A stretch of 63,747 bases of DNA, filler included, from Pelomyxa schiedti (Eukaryota; Protista; Evosea): the NCBI GenBank assembly GCA_020536535.1. It is 5 parts of 5 records of this genome, joined end to end, with 100 filler letters (N's around TTAATTAATTAA, not from the genome) between each part and the next. Parts side by side here need not be neighbours in the genome. Positions count along the whole stretch, not along the records: positions 10,088 to 36,754 come from JAHLWZ010000318.1; 4 more parts are not named here. One strand, written 5' to 3'. A program made the translations under genes and the position numbers. A model generated the notes under the pieces. It was not told the DNA's origin. It saw only the letters and a program-made list of their open reading frames with translations, and made no database searches. Positions 10,088 through 21,720 of the stretch are shown one piece after another. Every line of letters begins with the position of its first letter. The first letter of the stretch is position 1.

Positions 10088-13000
10088 AACGATCTCCTCT
10101 CTAAGTACATGCGGTGGTTGCAGTCACAGGACCAAAAAGAAGGAAAAGACTTCTGGCTGAAGCTCCTCGACGGTTTCACAGAGCCAACCCCGATCCCCTT
10201 CTGTGAAGATTTGCACGTTTCTCATAACACAGGGGAAAGGTCTATTGACAGTATGTCCTTGGAGCTCGATTGTGGAACTGTACAACATCTTCAGCAGTAC
10301 GCGCGTAAAGCAGGAACCACGCCAAATGTTGTGTTGCAGCTTGTGTGGGGTGTTCTCCTGTCTAAGTGCTGTAAAGATTCCAACCCAGTTGTGTTCGGTA
10401 CCGTGACATCAGGAAGGCCTGCTGAAGTGACTGGAATTGAGCAAGGTGTTGGCTTGTTTGCCACTACACTTCCTGTGGTTATCAAACTCTGTGAACAGCA
10501 GAGTGTTGATGATTCCTTATTACAACTGCACCAACACCTCACAAGTGATATTTCCCACTATTGTTACATTCCGCTTTCTGACTTAACGCATTGGAAAAAC
10601 CAGGAATCTCAGCACAACAATTCACAGCCTCTATTCCACACAATTTTTGCATATGAAAACTACCCCTTGGAAGAAGAAATCTTGAAACAAATTTCCGGTG
10701 CCAGTTCAGGGGTTGAAATGGAATCACTTGGTGGATTACAAGTGAATTATTTTTACAACTCCCAAAAGACAAACTTTTCTTTGGCAATTGTAGTTACACA
10801 AACAGCGGGTGGAAAATTAAATGTTAGCTTTGAGTATGACAGTTTACTTCCCACTCAGGTTGTGAGTAAAATTTCCAAGACTTATGAGCAAATCCTCAGA
10901 AGTGTTATTTCATGTACACCTTCAACCAAGATTGGAGATGTTGATTGCATTCCAGCAGAGGACCGCCAAAAACAGCTGGTGAAGTGGAATTCCACAGAAA
11001 TTGACATGGGACCATTTGGAGAAAATGAGAACAAACCTGCACATGTCATGTTTGAAGAACAAGCACAGAAAACGCCAGATGCTGTTGCCCTTGTCTTTGA
11101 AGAAGTGGCAATGACATACAAACAGCTGAACGAGATGTCCAACCAGCTCGCACATTACTTGAGAACTTTGGGAGTTGGTGTTGACACCCTTGTCCCGATT
11201 GTGGCTGAGAGACTCCCTGAGACACTCCTTGGAGTGTATGGAATCCTCAAAGCCGGTGGTGCATACGTTCCGCTGGATCCAGAGTGGCCTGAAGAGAGGC
11301 TGGTTTCTGCAGTTCGTGACCTTTCTCCTTCTTTGATTCTTCTGTCTTGTTCCTCTCAATCATCAGCAATCCAAGTACTTGCACAACGCACTAACACCAA
11401 GTTAAAAGTGCTTGCCCTGGACTCAGACAAGGGCCTTTGGAGTGGCTTCCCCGTGAGTTGTGTCCCTCAAAACTGGCGTCCTGCCACTGGGCTTGAAGCT
11501 TCATATGCGATCTTCACTTCTGGATCCACTGGTGTTCCAAAAGCTGTAGTAAACGTACATCGTGGTACCACCAATTATATCGCATGGCTTCAGAACACCT
11601 TCCATCTTCTACAAACTGACCGTGCTTTGCTTCAATTTCCTTTCTTCTTTGATGCTTCCACGACGATGTTCATGTGGCCACTTGCAGTTGGTGCATCTGT
11701 GATCATGGCACCACCTGGAGCTCACAGAGATCCAGAAGCTCTTGCTCTTCTGATCAAAAAAGAAAGTGTAACCTTTGTCCATTTCATCCCCACAATGATG
11801 GACCACTTCCTGAAGATGGTACCTTTTCCAATCTCTTCTCTGAATCTGGTTTTTTGTGGGGGTGAGGCTTTGTCGTTTGACACTGTTGATCTGTTTCGCA
11901 AAACATTCCCAAGTGTTGAGCTCTACAACCTTTATGGTCCGACAGAGGCATCTNNNNNNNNNNNNNNNNNNNNNNNNNNNNNNNNNNNNNNNNNNNNNNN
12001 NNNNNNNNNNNNNNNNNNNNNNNNNNNNNNNNNNNNNNNNNNNNNNNNNNNNNCTCTTCTCTGAATCTGGTTTTTTGTGGGGGTGAGGCTTTGTCGTTTG
12101 ACACTGTTGATCTGTTTCGCAAAACATTCCCAAGTGTTGAGCTCTACAACCTTTATGGTCCGACAGAGGCATCTGTTGCAGTGAGCAGTTTCAACTGCAA
12201 AAACATTGACCCACAAATCCGCAACAAGTGCTCGACGGTTCCCATCGGATTCCCTGCAGCAAACACCAAATTGTTCCTCCTGAACAGCACCCTCGGGATT
12301 GTTCCGATTGGATGTGCTGGGGAGATATGCATCGCGGGCACTTGCCTCTCCAGGGGATACCTCAACAAACCCGAGCTGACGTCGGAACAGTTTGTGCCGA
12401 ACCCGTTTGGTTTGGGAACAATTTACAAAACGGGAGATCTTGGCAGGTATCTCGACAACGGTGCTGTGGAATACATTGGTCGGATCGACTCACAAGTGAA
12501 ACTTCGAGGCTTGCGAATCGAACTTGGCGAGATTGAAGCCGCCCTCAAGTCTCACCCTTCCGTTCTTCAGGTTGCCGTCAAACTGCGTGAGGATGCACCA
12601 GGTGTCCGTTCACTTGCAGCATATGTGGTTCCGTCACAGATTGGTGCTGGTGATGACATCGTGGAAGTTCTCCACGATCACCTCACGAAGAAACTGCCAG
12701 GTTACATGGTTCCAGCCTCATTCACGGTCATCCCGTCACTTCCAATGACCCCCAGTGGGAAACTGGACANNNNNNNNNNNNNNNNNNNNNNNNNNNNNNN
12801 NNNNNNNNNNNNNNNNNNNNNNNNNNNNNNNNNNNNNNNNNNNNNNNNNNNNNNNNNNNNNNNNNNNNNGGTGATGACATCGTGGAAGTTCTCCACGATC
12901 ACCTCACGAAGAAACTGCCAGGTTACATGGTTCCAGCCTCATTCACGGTCATCCCGTCACTTCCAATGACCCCCAGTGGGAAACTGGACATATCTCGGCT

Positions 13001-14762
13001 TCCTGTACCTACACGGCAATTATTTGGGAGAACTGCAGAACTTCTTCCACAAACTGCCCAGGAAAGGCAGCTCCACTCCATATGGTGCCAGGTACTGAGT
13101 GTTGAGTCGGTGAGCATTGATGCGGATTTCTTCCACCTTGGTGGGGATTCCATATTAGCCCTACAGCTAATTCAACGAATGCGTTCCAAGGGACTTAACG
13201 TCTCCCTTCAAACCTTGCATCATCATCGAACCATACAGTCCCTTTCTAACTTTTTGGAGTCTCAGCCGCACATTCCTTCAATAATGCAACTACAACCAGT
13301 CTTATCCCAAGCAGTTGAAACAGAAGCTCTTTTACTCACACCAATACAGCAATGCTTCTTCTCGTGGAACCTTGTTGAACCTAATCACTTTAATCAATCC
13401 TGCTGGATACACTTTCCCTGTGCGACAACAGTGAATGCTGTGGAGACGATGCTTTCCATTCTCCTCCGGTACCATGATTCCCTCCGCATTAGGTTTCCTT
13501 TTTCGGACGGTACTGTTAAGCCACAGTATGCAGATGATTTTACCGTGCGAGTCTGTGAGACAGTTCTTGCGCAATCCAATAAACCACAATGGAGGGATAT
13601 TATGTCAGCGAAGGTGGCACACCTTGAACAAAGCCTTGACATCATACACGGGCCTGTTGTTGTTGCCGAGTTGTTCACTTTTTCTGAAGTAGCAGGAGTG
13701 ACACAAGTCTTATTTTTAGTTATCCACCACTTAGTTGTTGATTGGATATCTTGGCGCATTATACAAGATGATTTACTATTGTTGCACCAACAAATACTGG
13801 AAGGCAGGGTCCTCTCCCTTCCTCCTAGAACCAGTTCATTTTCCAAATGGGGTAAAGCTTTATTGAATTACTTGCCAAGTGTAGAGAGCAAACAAATGGA
13901 CTACTGGAGGAATGTCGACACTTTACAACGCACAAGCAGCCTCCCAACTGACGAATGTGACACCCATCTCGGAGGACCACCCCTTGACGAGGTGAAAATG
14001 GTCATCTGCAAAGAACTCACGGAAGCCCTCCTCACCAAATCACATGCGGTGTACCGCACAAGTGCCAATGACCTCATTGTGACATCCCTGATGCTAGCAC
14101 TTGAGAACTGGCGTGGCCTGTCCGATCTTGTGATTCAGATGGACAGCTTTGGGCGAGACGAGTGTGTCCAAGGCGTTGATGTGTCCCGCACAGTTGGCTG
14201 GTTCACAGCAACCTTCCCAGTGCACCTCTCCATCCCACAATTCACCCAGACACAACGACAAGACTCCCGATTAGGCGCCGCAATCAAAGCCATCAAGCAA
14301 CAACTCTCACAGATCCCGGACAGAGGAATCGGCTACGGCGCACTCAAGTACATGACCCAACATCGCTCCCCGTCCCACTATTCCTTCACCGACCCAGTCA
14401 ACGCGCTGCATTTCAACTACCTCGGCGTTTTCGACAATTCCGGCTCCCGAATGTTCTTTGGCGAACCAAGCGACGCTGACACCAATGCCAATACCAATGA
14501 CCAGCAACAGCAGCAGCAGCAACAACACCATCATCACGCCATAGACCACACACAAGTGGTTGATGTCTCGCCGCTCAACTCGCTGCCCAAGGGGGTGGTG
14601 CTGCACGTCACGGTCGGCGTGATCCAGGGCCAACTCACGGCGTGGCTGTCCTATCACAAGCAGTTCTACAGACGAGACAGCATTATGGCACTGTCACAGT
14701 CGTTCCAGGCTTGTCTCGAGAAGGTCATTTCACACTGCACCAGCAAAGGATCACAACCCTGA
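10088..14762 (+). CDS. Non-ribosomal peptide synthetase, 5'-truncated: C(partial)-A-PCP-E-like
   Basis: C domain: FGTVTSGRP..GIEQGVGLF..TLPV and AYENYP. A domain: YAIFTSGSTGVPK, NLYGPTE, YKTGDLGR, GRIDSQVKLRGLRIELGEIE, PMTPSGKLD. PCP: FFHLGGDSI. E domain: LTPIQ, HFNQS, HHLVVD.ISW, SRTVGWFT, RGIGYG, FNYLG. A single intronless frame results once the 121-bp gap duplications are collapsed. Confidence 0.95.
11954..12053. other. Scaffold gap with 121-bp flanking duplication
   Basis: 11833-11953 recurs at 12054-12174. Confidence 0.9.
12770..12869. other. Scaffold gap with 121-bp flanking duplication
   Basis: 12649-12769 recurs at 12870-12990. Confidence 0.9.
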
Positions 14763-15003
14763 GTGAGATTGAGATGGAGTGAGTAACTACTACGACAGAT
14801 CTCCCTTTGGTTGCGCATGTAACATACACCAGCACCACCAAGTTTTCGTTCTATTCTTTTTTCCTATTGCCAGCGCTCTAAAAACCCTAATTTTTCCCTT
14901 TCATTCGTTTTCTGGATCTTGAGCCATCAAAATAAAAAAAAAACCTCGCCGTCTCACTCACGGTAATTACGGTACGGTCGTTAGGTGGACTACGCACTAA
15001 TAA

Positions 15004-16133
15004 ATGGGCTGCATCAACTCCCAGCCACGTCCTGATCCTGTGGAGTGTATGTCTTCTGTGCATATTTTTTTGTTTTGTTTTGTTTTATTTTTATTTTTTT
15101 CCCCCTTGTACGGCCGACCTAATTTGTGGCATTGGGTGCATTGCGGAAGTACAGCACTTAAGTCGGATAAGAAGAAAAACCCATCATTGGAACAGGGAGT
15201 AAAGGTGACACGTCGAATACTATACAATGACACTACTACAATACATCACTGATGTGGATTCAAAAACAAACAAACGAGACAGACAAATTGTGACTGACGA
15301 GAAATAAATCAGATTGTTCTGTTGGGTGATGCTGCCACAGGCAAGACTTGTTTGGTTGGAAGGGTTCTGCAGAATAAATTTTTGCAAGAAACCAGTGGAA
15401 CTGTTGGGTAATGTTTTGGCATACCGTTGAACTACTAAATTCCAGCAGGGCTGCATTTCAGGTGTTTAAAACTTTGGTAGATGGAAGAGAGATAAAACTT
15501 GAGGTGTGCTTGTTTACTCACTCTACATAAATTGATTTCTTTCTCAGATATGGGATACCGCTGGGCAAGGTGAACTACATCTACTGCACAAAAGTTTTCT
15601 AACATTGATATTAAGAGAGATTCAGGTCATTGGCACCCATGTACTACCGAGGTAATCCATCTACCTGTCTTCTTCCAATGTTTAACCTCACCCTTAGGTG
15701 CAGTGGCTGCAATTGTTGGTTTGTCCCAAAATAAAAAACAACAAAATAAAAATTGTATCGACACAAACTAACCGGTCTATTCATACAGTGTATGATATCA
15801 CGCGAAAGGTAGCTACACTTTCTTTGAAGCCCTAACTTTAACTACAAACTCCAGGAAACATTTGATGTAATGCGGCGATGGATTGATGAGCTCAACACTG
15901 CTGCCTCTGCCAATATAATTATTGCTATTGCTGGGAACAAGCTTGATTTGGCAGAGAAACGAGCAATTCCCACAGCCACAGCAGAAGATTACGTTCTAGA
16001 GATGAAGCAGGAAGGAATGAGGCCACCCATTTTCATTGAGTGCAGTGCCAAAACAGGGGAAAATGTTTCCTCCATGATCAACCAAATATGTAAGCAGCTC
16101 ATTGTCCTCAGTGACCAAGGACTTTTGGTGTAA
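15004..16133 (+). CDS. Rab5-family small GTPase with N-terminal MGC and no C-terminal prenylation motif (spliced)
   Basis: Exons: MGCINSQ.., IVLLGDAATGKT, TVGAAF, IWDTAGQ, ERFRSLAPMYYRGA.AAIV, VYDIT, GNKLDL, ECSAKTG; ends DQGLLV*. Confidence 0.9.
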
Positions 16134-16451
16134 AATTTAATAAAAAAAAAAAAGCAAAGAGTACTCCCCTTTCGTTCCCCCACTTTCAGTTTTCGAGATC
16201 GCCACCAACTTTGACCCAGAACAGTAAGAATGGTGAGGAAAACAATGAGACTACAGCTAATCTGAGTCGGTGAACCGGCATGCCGATCTTCCTTTTTTGC
16301 AATAATGAATTTTTCTGTATGCGGAGAACGGACAGCAACAGAGCAGCCCTTTCCTGCATTTTCCCGTCACAACGCAACAAAAACAGCACTTTACGGGTCA
16401 GTGGCAGTCACGACCACTTGCTTTGCTTTGCGCTGTTGTTGGGTGGGGATT

Positions 16452-19400
16452 ATGGGACTGAGAGGTGACGGCCGGGTGTGGCTGTCTGGGCCAATTGGGC
16501 TTGGACGCGGGCATAGTTTATCCTTTGTTGTTGGAATTTGTTTGTTGATCGTGTGTTGTGGTGCAGGCGTTGGTGCACTGAAGCAGGGCGTAAAATATTC
16601 TGAGTGCGTTTTTCTTGGTTTTTTTTTTTTTTCAAATGATCTATGGTTAGGGACAAAGTTGATGTGGTGTCAAGTGACATTGAGGCTTGTGCTGCAAACG
16701 TGGGAGTTGACTTTGGGACAATACAGAGTGTATTTCTCTAGCTTTTTTTTTTTTTTTTTTTTTTAACAAAACATAAACCAAATCACCAACTAGCTATTGA
16801 CTATTACTGCCGACACAATTGTGATCTCTAAAAAACACAATTGGAATGCGAAGATCACCAGTTCAGTATCCGACTTGTCTATAGGTCAAGATGCCACCAA
16901 CCCACCTCTGTGGCCAAATGGCATTCTGGTGGATAGGCGGCTAACCAGGAAATCAGAGGTAACCTCCTGCAGCATTATTGTGTTGACATCCATTACAGTT
17001 TCTGCTGGGTGTTGGCGAACTTGCACCGCGACCCTCATACTTTCCCAATTGCCAGTGCAACACCTCTGATACAATATGGGCTTCGTATTGTCAGAAGTTT
17101 TTTAATGACTCATCTATGTGTATCTCATGTCATGAGGCTTGTGAAGGGAATGACGCATTTCAGTTGTCCTTATTGATGGAAGTTTTGGCACCAACTTATT
17201 GCGATACCGTCCCTTCTGCATTCACTTGGATCCTTGGCACAGATACCTGGATGAGGTGCTTTACCCCTTTTGGTAGTTCAACACTAAAAGAACCAGGGTG
17301 GTTATATACTCAATTGGCTCACTTGTGCCCTATGGCATGGATATCCTGGCATACAAAAGGACCATTGACAACGATAGGTTTTACCTTGTAGCTCCAGCTA
17401 CAAATCCCAATCGCACGCTCCGATTTGCTGAGCCAACAGTATTAGCCTCACTTGCAAGTATCTACATTTGCACACGAAAAGGGACTACTTAATCACCTCA
17501 ATAGCGCAAGTAGTTGTAATTGCCTATCCTCTTTACGACGGGGATGAGTTTCTTATGGGTGTTTTCGTGGAAAATATCCTCAAATCTCTTCTGTCAACTA
17601 TGTCACAGTGGAATCCAGTTTCAGGATGCTTTTCATTCATATTGACTCCCAAAGGGAGTGTCGTTGCAGGCTCGGCTAAGTTTTATGAATCTGTCTTTGG
17701 TGCACCTTATGTATTCAATATTCTTTACAATATCAGCACCACAAATATATCTGAGGCATGGCCTGCTCCTTTCATTTCGATTTCTGATTTGACTAGGTAA
17801 TGTCTGCATTTGACTGTGACTCCTGCAGTCATAAGGTGGCGCTAACAAATGACACTTTCTTTGTGTTGCATGCTCCCATACCAAACACACCATGGATATT
17901 ATTCCTAGCATCGCCAGAGTCTTATTTCCTTGTCGAGGTACACTCTAAAGCTCTTATGGGGATGGGAATTGCTGTTGGTGTGGTGGGGCTACTGATGCTC
18001 GGCCTGGTGGGTTTGGTATTTGGTATAGCACTGAAGTACAGAAACAAGGTAAAACAGCCAACGCAACACTGTTTCTAATTTGTGGCAGGCGTCAAGTCTC
18101 CAAGAACAAGTCAGCTTATTTACAAAAGGACAAAATATGTTAGGAACACCTGAGGAGTATGTTGTGTCTGAATTACTGCGTATTCAGAAATTACCGAGTA
18201 CGTTCCATTCTGTGAATGTTGTTAGTTTTCTGACAGTTGTAGAACTATCCCGCAATCACAAAAAAAGGTTATCAGAGATCATTGGTATGATCTCGGGCAA
18301 CAATTTGTATAGACCAGATTACATCGCAAAGAAGCAGCTTGGAATTTTGCGTAAGTAACTTTGACACAGCCTTACCTACTCAATTTTTCATCACAATGTT
18401 AAACAGAGTTGGATACTGAAGTGGATAAATTTGTACAGGCCACACTACTCGGGGAGGGAGGAACAGACACTGTGAACCCCTGCTCCCACTCCCAGTCCCG
18501 CCCTGTATCATCATCATCAATGTGTGACTGCTCCTTTTCTTTACTGGTTGTAACATTAGTGCTTTCAGAGAACTGCAATTGCGTGGGAGTTTTGATGTAC
18601 CCAAAAACTTCTCCTCTTGGAATTTTGATGCCCTCAAATCTTGTGCCAGTGATGCAATGTCTACATTATTTCCCTCCGTCGCCTTACACATTCTTACCGA
18701 ATGTGGGATAATCGAGGCATTGGAGCTTTCTGAAAGGAAGGTTGCTTCCTTCTTCGAGCAGTTATCAGAGGGCTACTTCCCCAATCCTTACCACAACACG
18801 GTGCATATTATGGATGTTGTCCAGGCAATGACTGCACTTTTAAAAACTGTACAAGACCGACTCACTCCCACTGAGTTATTAGCCGGAGTGTTCTCAGCTT
18901 TTGTATGCTGAAACCCTTCTTTTTCGAACCTCGTAACTTTGAAATAGATTCACGATTACAAGCACCCAGGTAGGGAACGCACGACAACAAGATTAAGTTC
19001 ACCTAACTTCAACACAAGGTGTAAATAATAATTTCCTTTATGCGTCCCTTGATCCCATAGCCATCAATCACAATGGAATATCCGTAAGTATTTGTACATA
19101 CAGCTTTCCACTTAGATGTAACAGGTTTTGGAAAGTATGCATGTCTCGGAGGCTTTTGCACTGTTGTTTTCCAGAGAAGATCTTAATTTCCTTGACCATT
19201 GGCCCAAAGTACCAGCCTGTTATTCACTTTGTTTGGTGGTCACTAACTGGTTTTCCTCCTGCAGGCACAAATTCACGATTTTCATAAGCAAGTTGTGGGG
19301 TTGGTTCTGAGCACTGGTACTGTGACTCTTTTACCCCTCTCAGGTCTGATATTTCAACTAGATATGAGTAGACACGTCGAAATAGTTGGGCATGTGAAGG

Positions 19401-19935
19401 CAATTCTAGCCAGCAAAGCCGAACTCGACTTGAGCACTCAGGTGTGCACACATTCATGTCCCTTTATCAAGTAATTACCTCCAAGGTGGAAAGAGAACTA
19501 TGCCTCAAGATTTTTCTCAAGCTTGCGGATGTTAGCAATGCCACTCGTTCGTGGCCTACAGCAAAGGCTTGGGCTGGTCATGTGATGGAAGAGTTTTTCA
19601 ACCAAGGAGAACAAGAGAAAACCAACAATCTACCGATTTCTCCCTTCATGGACCGGAACACTGCTGTATGTGTATATATTCACCTTTTTTCATTCCAATC
19701 CAACGAGAATAAACTGACTATCCTTGACAATACAAAAATACAGAATATTCCAAAAGTCCAACTGGCATTCGTTGACTTCGTGGTGATGCCCTTTGTTGAA
19801 GCCATTGCACCACTTCTACCCTCAGAAATGGCCCACCTGCTCTCTCAGTCTATCAGGGACAATCGCTCCCAGTGGGCATCGCTGGATAGCAGGCCACCCT
19901 CACCAAGTGAACATTGTAATAAAGCAAGCAATTGA
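16452..19935 (+). CDS. Transmembrane class I 3',5'-cyclic nucleotide phosphodiesterase with a putative extracellular sensor domain (spliced)
   Basis: PDEase_I motifs NPYHNTVH..DV, HDYKHPGVNNNF, LESMH, LKLADVSNATR, EEFFNQG, PFMDR, QLAFVDFVV. Two TM helices (~16510-16580 and ~17955-18030) flank a ~350-aa region. Confidence 0.85.
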
Positions 19936-19979
19936 TTGTAGATGTTCTTTTTTGAAAAAACCAAAATTTTACAAGCTAT

Positions 19980-21470
19980 TTAGCTGGAATTAGGTGCAGG
20001 TTGCTGGGTTGTTGTACTAGTACTGGTGGAAGTTGATGGTGCTGTGGTTTGGGGTTCTGTGTGGGTTGCCGTATTTTTTCTCACCTTCTCTTGGTAATTT
20101 ATCAGTGCTTGCCGGAAGTTATCATTCATGGTTAGTTTTAGTCCTCTTAGCTGTTGCACTGTGCGGAATGCTTTGTCTGCATCCCACCCTAGTTCTGATA
20201 CTAAGTAGGCAATAATAAATGTGGGTGCCCGGCTGCGACCTGGAAAACTTCAGTCATCGTGAAAGAAAGCTCTGGCAAACCTTCATGGCAGTGAACTAGG
20301 ATTTTCTCGTTTTGTGCTATAACACCTTTGATGTGACTAACTACTTCATCAAAGTAATTGGAGACTGGGGCGTCTTCTGTATCTTTAATGGGGATCCTAT
20401 AAAGGAATATTAGGTTATATTATTTTATCCGTTATTTACCGCTTATAGTCCAATCCTTTTTTTTCAAAGTAATTTTTAACTTCAGAGGTCAAGTTTACAA
20501 TATGTCTGATCTTGGTTTCCTCAAGCCACTCTTCATTGGAGGCTGCGAATCTACTTCCAAAATACAAACCTACATTTGTTGTAGAATGAAGAGTGGTAAT
20601 TACTACAAGGTACCTGGTACAACTTGGAAACCTTCCGATTCTGCCTGCGCCTTTTTATTTCTAAGTTCTTGTTCAGTTTGCCTCTCTTCCCTAGCTTTTT
20701 TGAGAGCCATCTGTTTTTTCAGCCTTTGTGCCTAAGGCAAGGATGTGGTGAGATGTATATTTGTAATGGCAGAAATACATCCTGCTTTGCGAGTTGGTCA
20801 GGCGTTCTATGGAAAATAAGACCAAAGAGATAGAACTTATACTTACAACGGTTTTGGTGTCTTAGGAGATTTGGGTTTTTTCTTGTGCATGACTTTTACC
20901 CCGTTAGAGAAGTTCCAAAAGGTTCGAAGTGGAGGGCAAACCAAAAGTAGGTTCAAAAGTGGTTAGCTTTTTCCTGGTTCTTGATGTGTCCACGGATGTG
21001 TTCCAATAATTCCCATCCAGACCTACATCGGGCTTTCGTTTGCCCCTTTTAGCAGAGCACTTCTCCTCCAGCTTCTTTGTATGGATTTCACCCTTCTCTC
21101 CTCCCACTACTTTCTTCATCTCAGGGTAAGTTTGCACAAAAGCCAATACTCCCACATCCCTCCCCCTTCAACTCATTGCATGAGAATAATTGAAAGGGCA
21201 AAATTCCACTGGTAGTACCTTATCAGTACCGCTATACTCGGTACTCGTGAAAGTTCCCATAATGCCATTACATCCAAGCGATGGCGAATCCGCGGTGCCA
21301 TTGACTGGTGTTGCCTCTTGTCCCACAATGAGTTTAATGGAGCCGTCTCCTTTGCCGTTCCTAACTTGTTCGTTGGGTTCTGTCGTCTCACTGTTCACCC
21401 TTGCTCTCTTGCTCTCGGGGGGAACAATCGTTCCTGATGTTTCTGGCAATTGTGCCTGTTCATCACCCAT
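19980..21470 (-). CDS. Dual-specificity protein phosphatase (spliced)
   Basis: PIKDTEDAPVSNYFDEVVSHI...KILVHCHEG|RSRAPTFIIAYL...MNDNFRQAL; the HCx5R loop spans an intron. Confidence 0.85.
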
Positions 21471-21720
21471 TATAATTAAAACCTACCTCCGGACTTCACG
21501 CGGTTATAAAACTTGCTTGCGTTCAAACGAAAGAAGTGGAAGGAAGCACTTCAGTGATTTAGGCGAAACAATCAAGGACGTTGCGGTGATGGGTTTGTTG
21601 GCAAAACAAATATTGGATTTATTTCCTTTGCCTTAAGTTATTTTGGTAGGTTTTCCACACTAGTTAAACAATATTGCTGCTGGAGAGAGCATAACGCAAA
21701 ATCGCTCCACCAAACGGTTT

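Noticed and set aside
11833-12174. Apparent tandem duplication and frameshifts in the NRPS (also 12649-12990)
   Set aside because: Exact 121-bp overlaps around 100-N gaps are assembly artefacts, not evidence of pseudogenisation.
14762-21470. NRPS biosynthetic gene cluster downstream of the synthetase
   Set aside because: The neighbours (Rab, PDE, DSP) are ordinary spliced signalling genes. No tailoring enzymes, MbtH-like protein, TE or transporter were seen.
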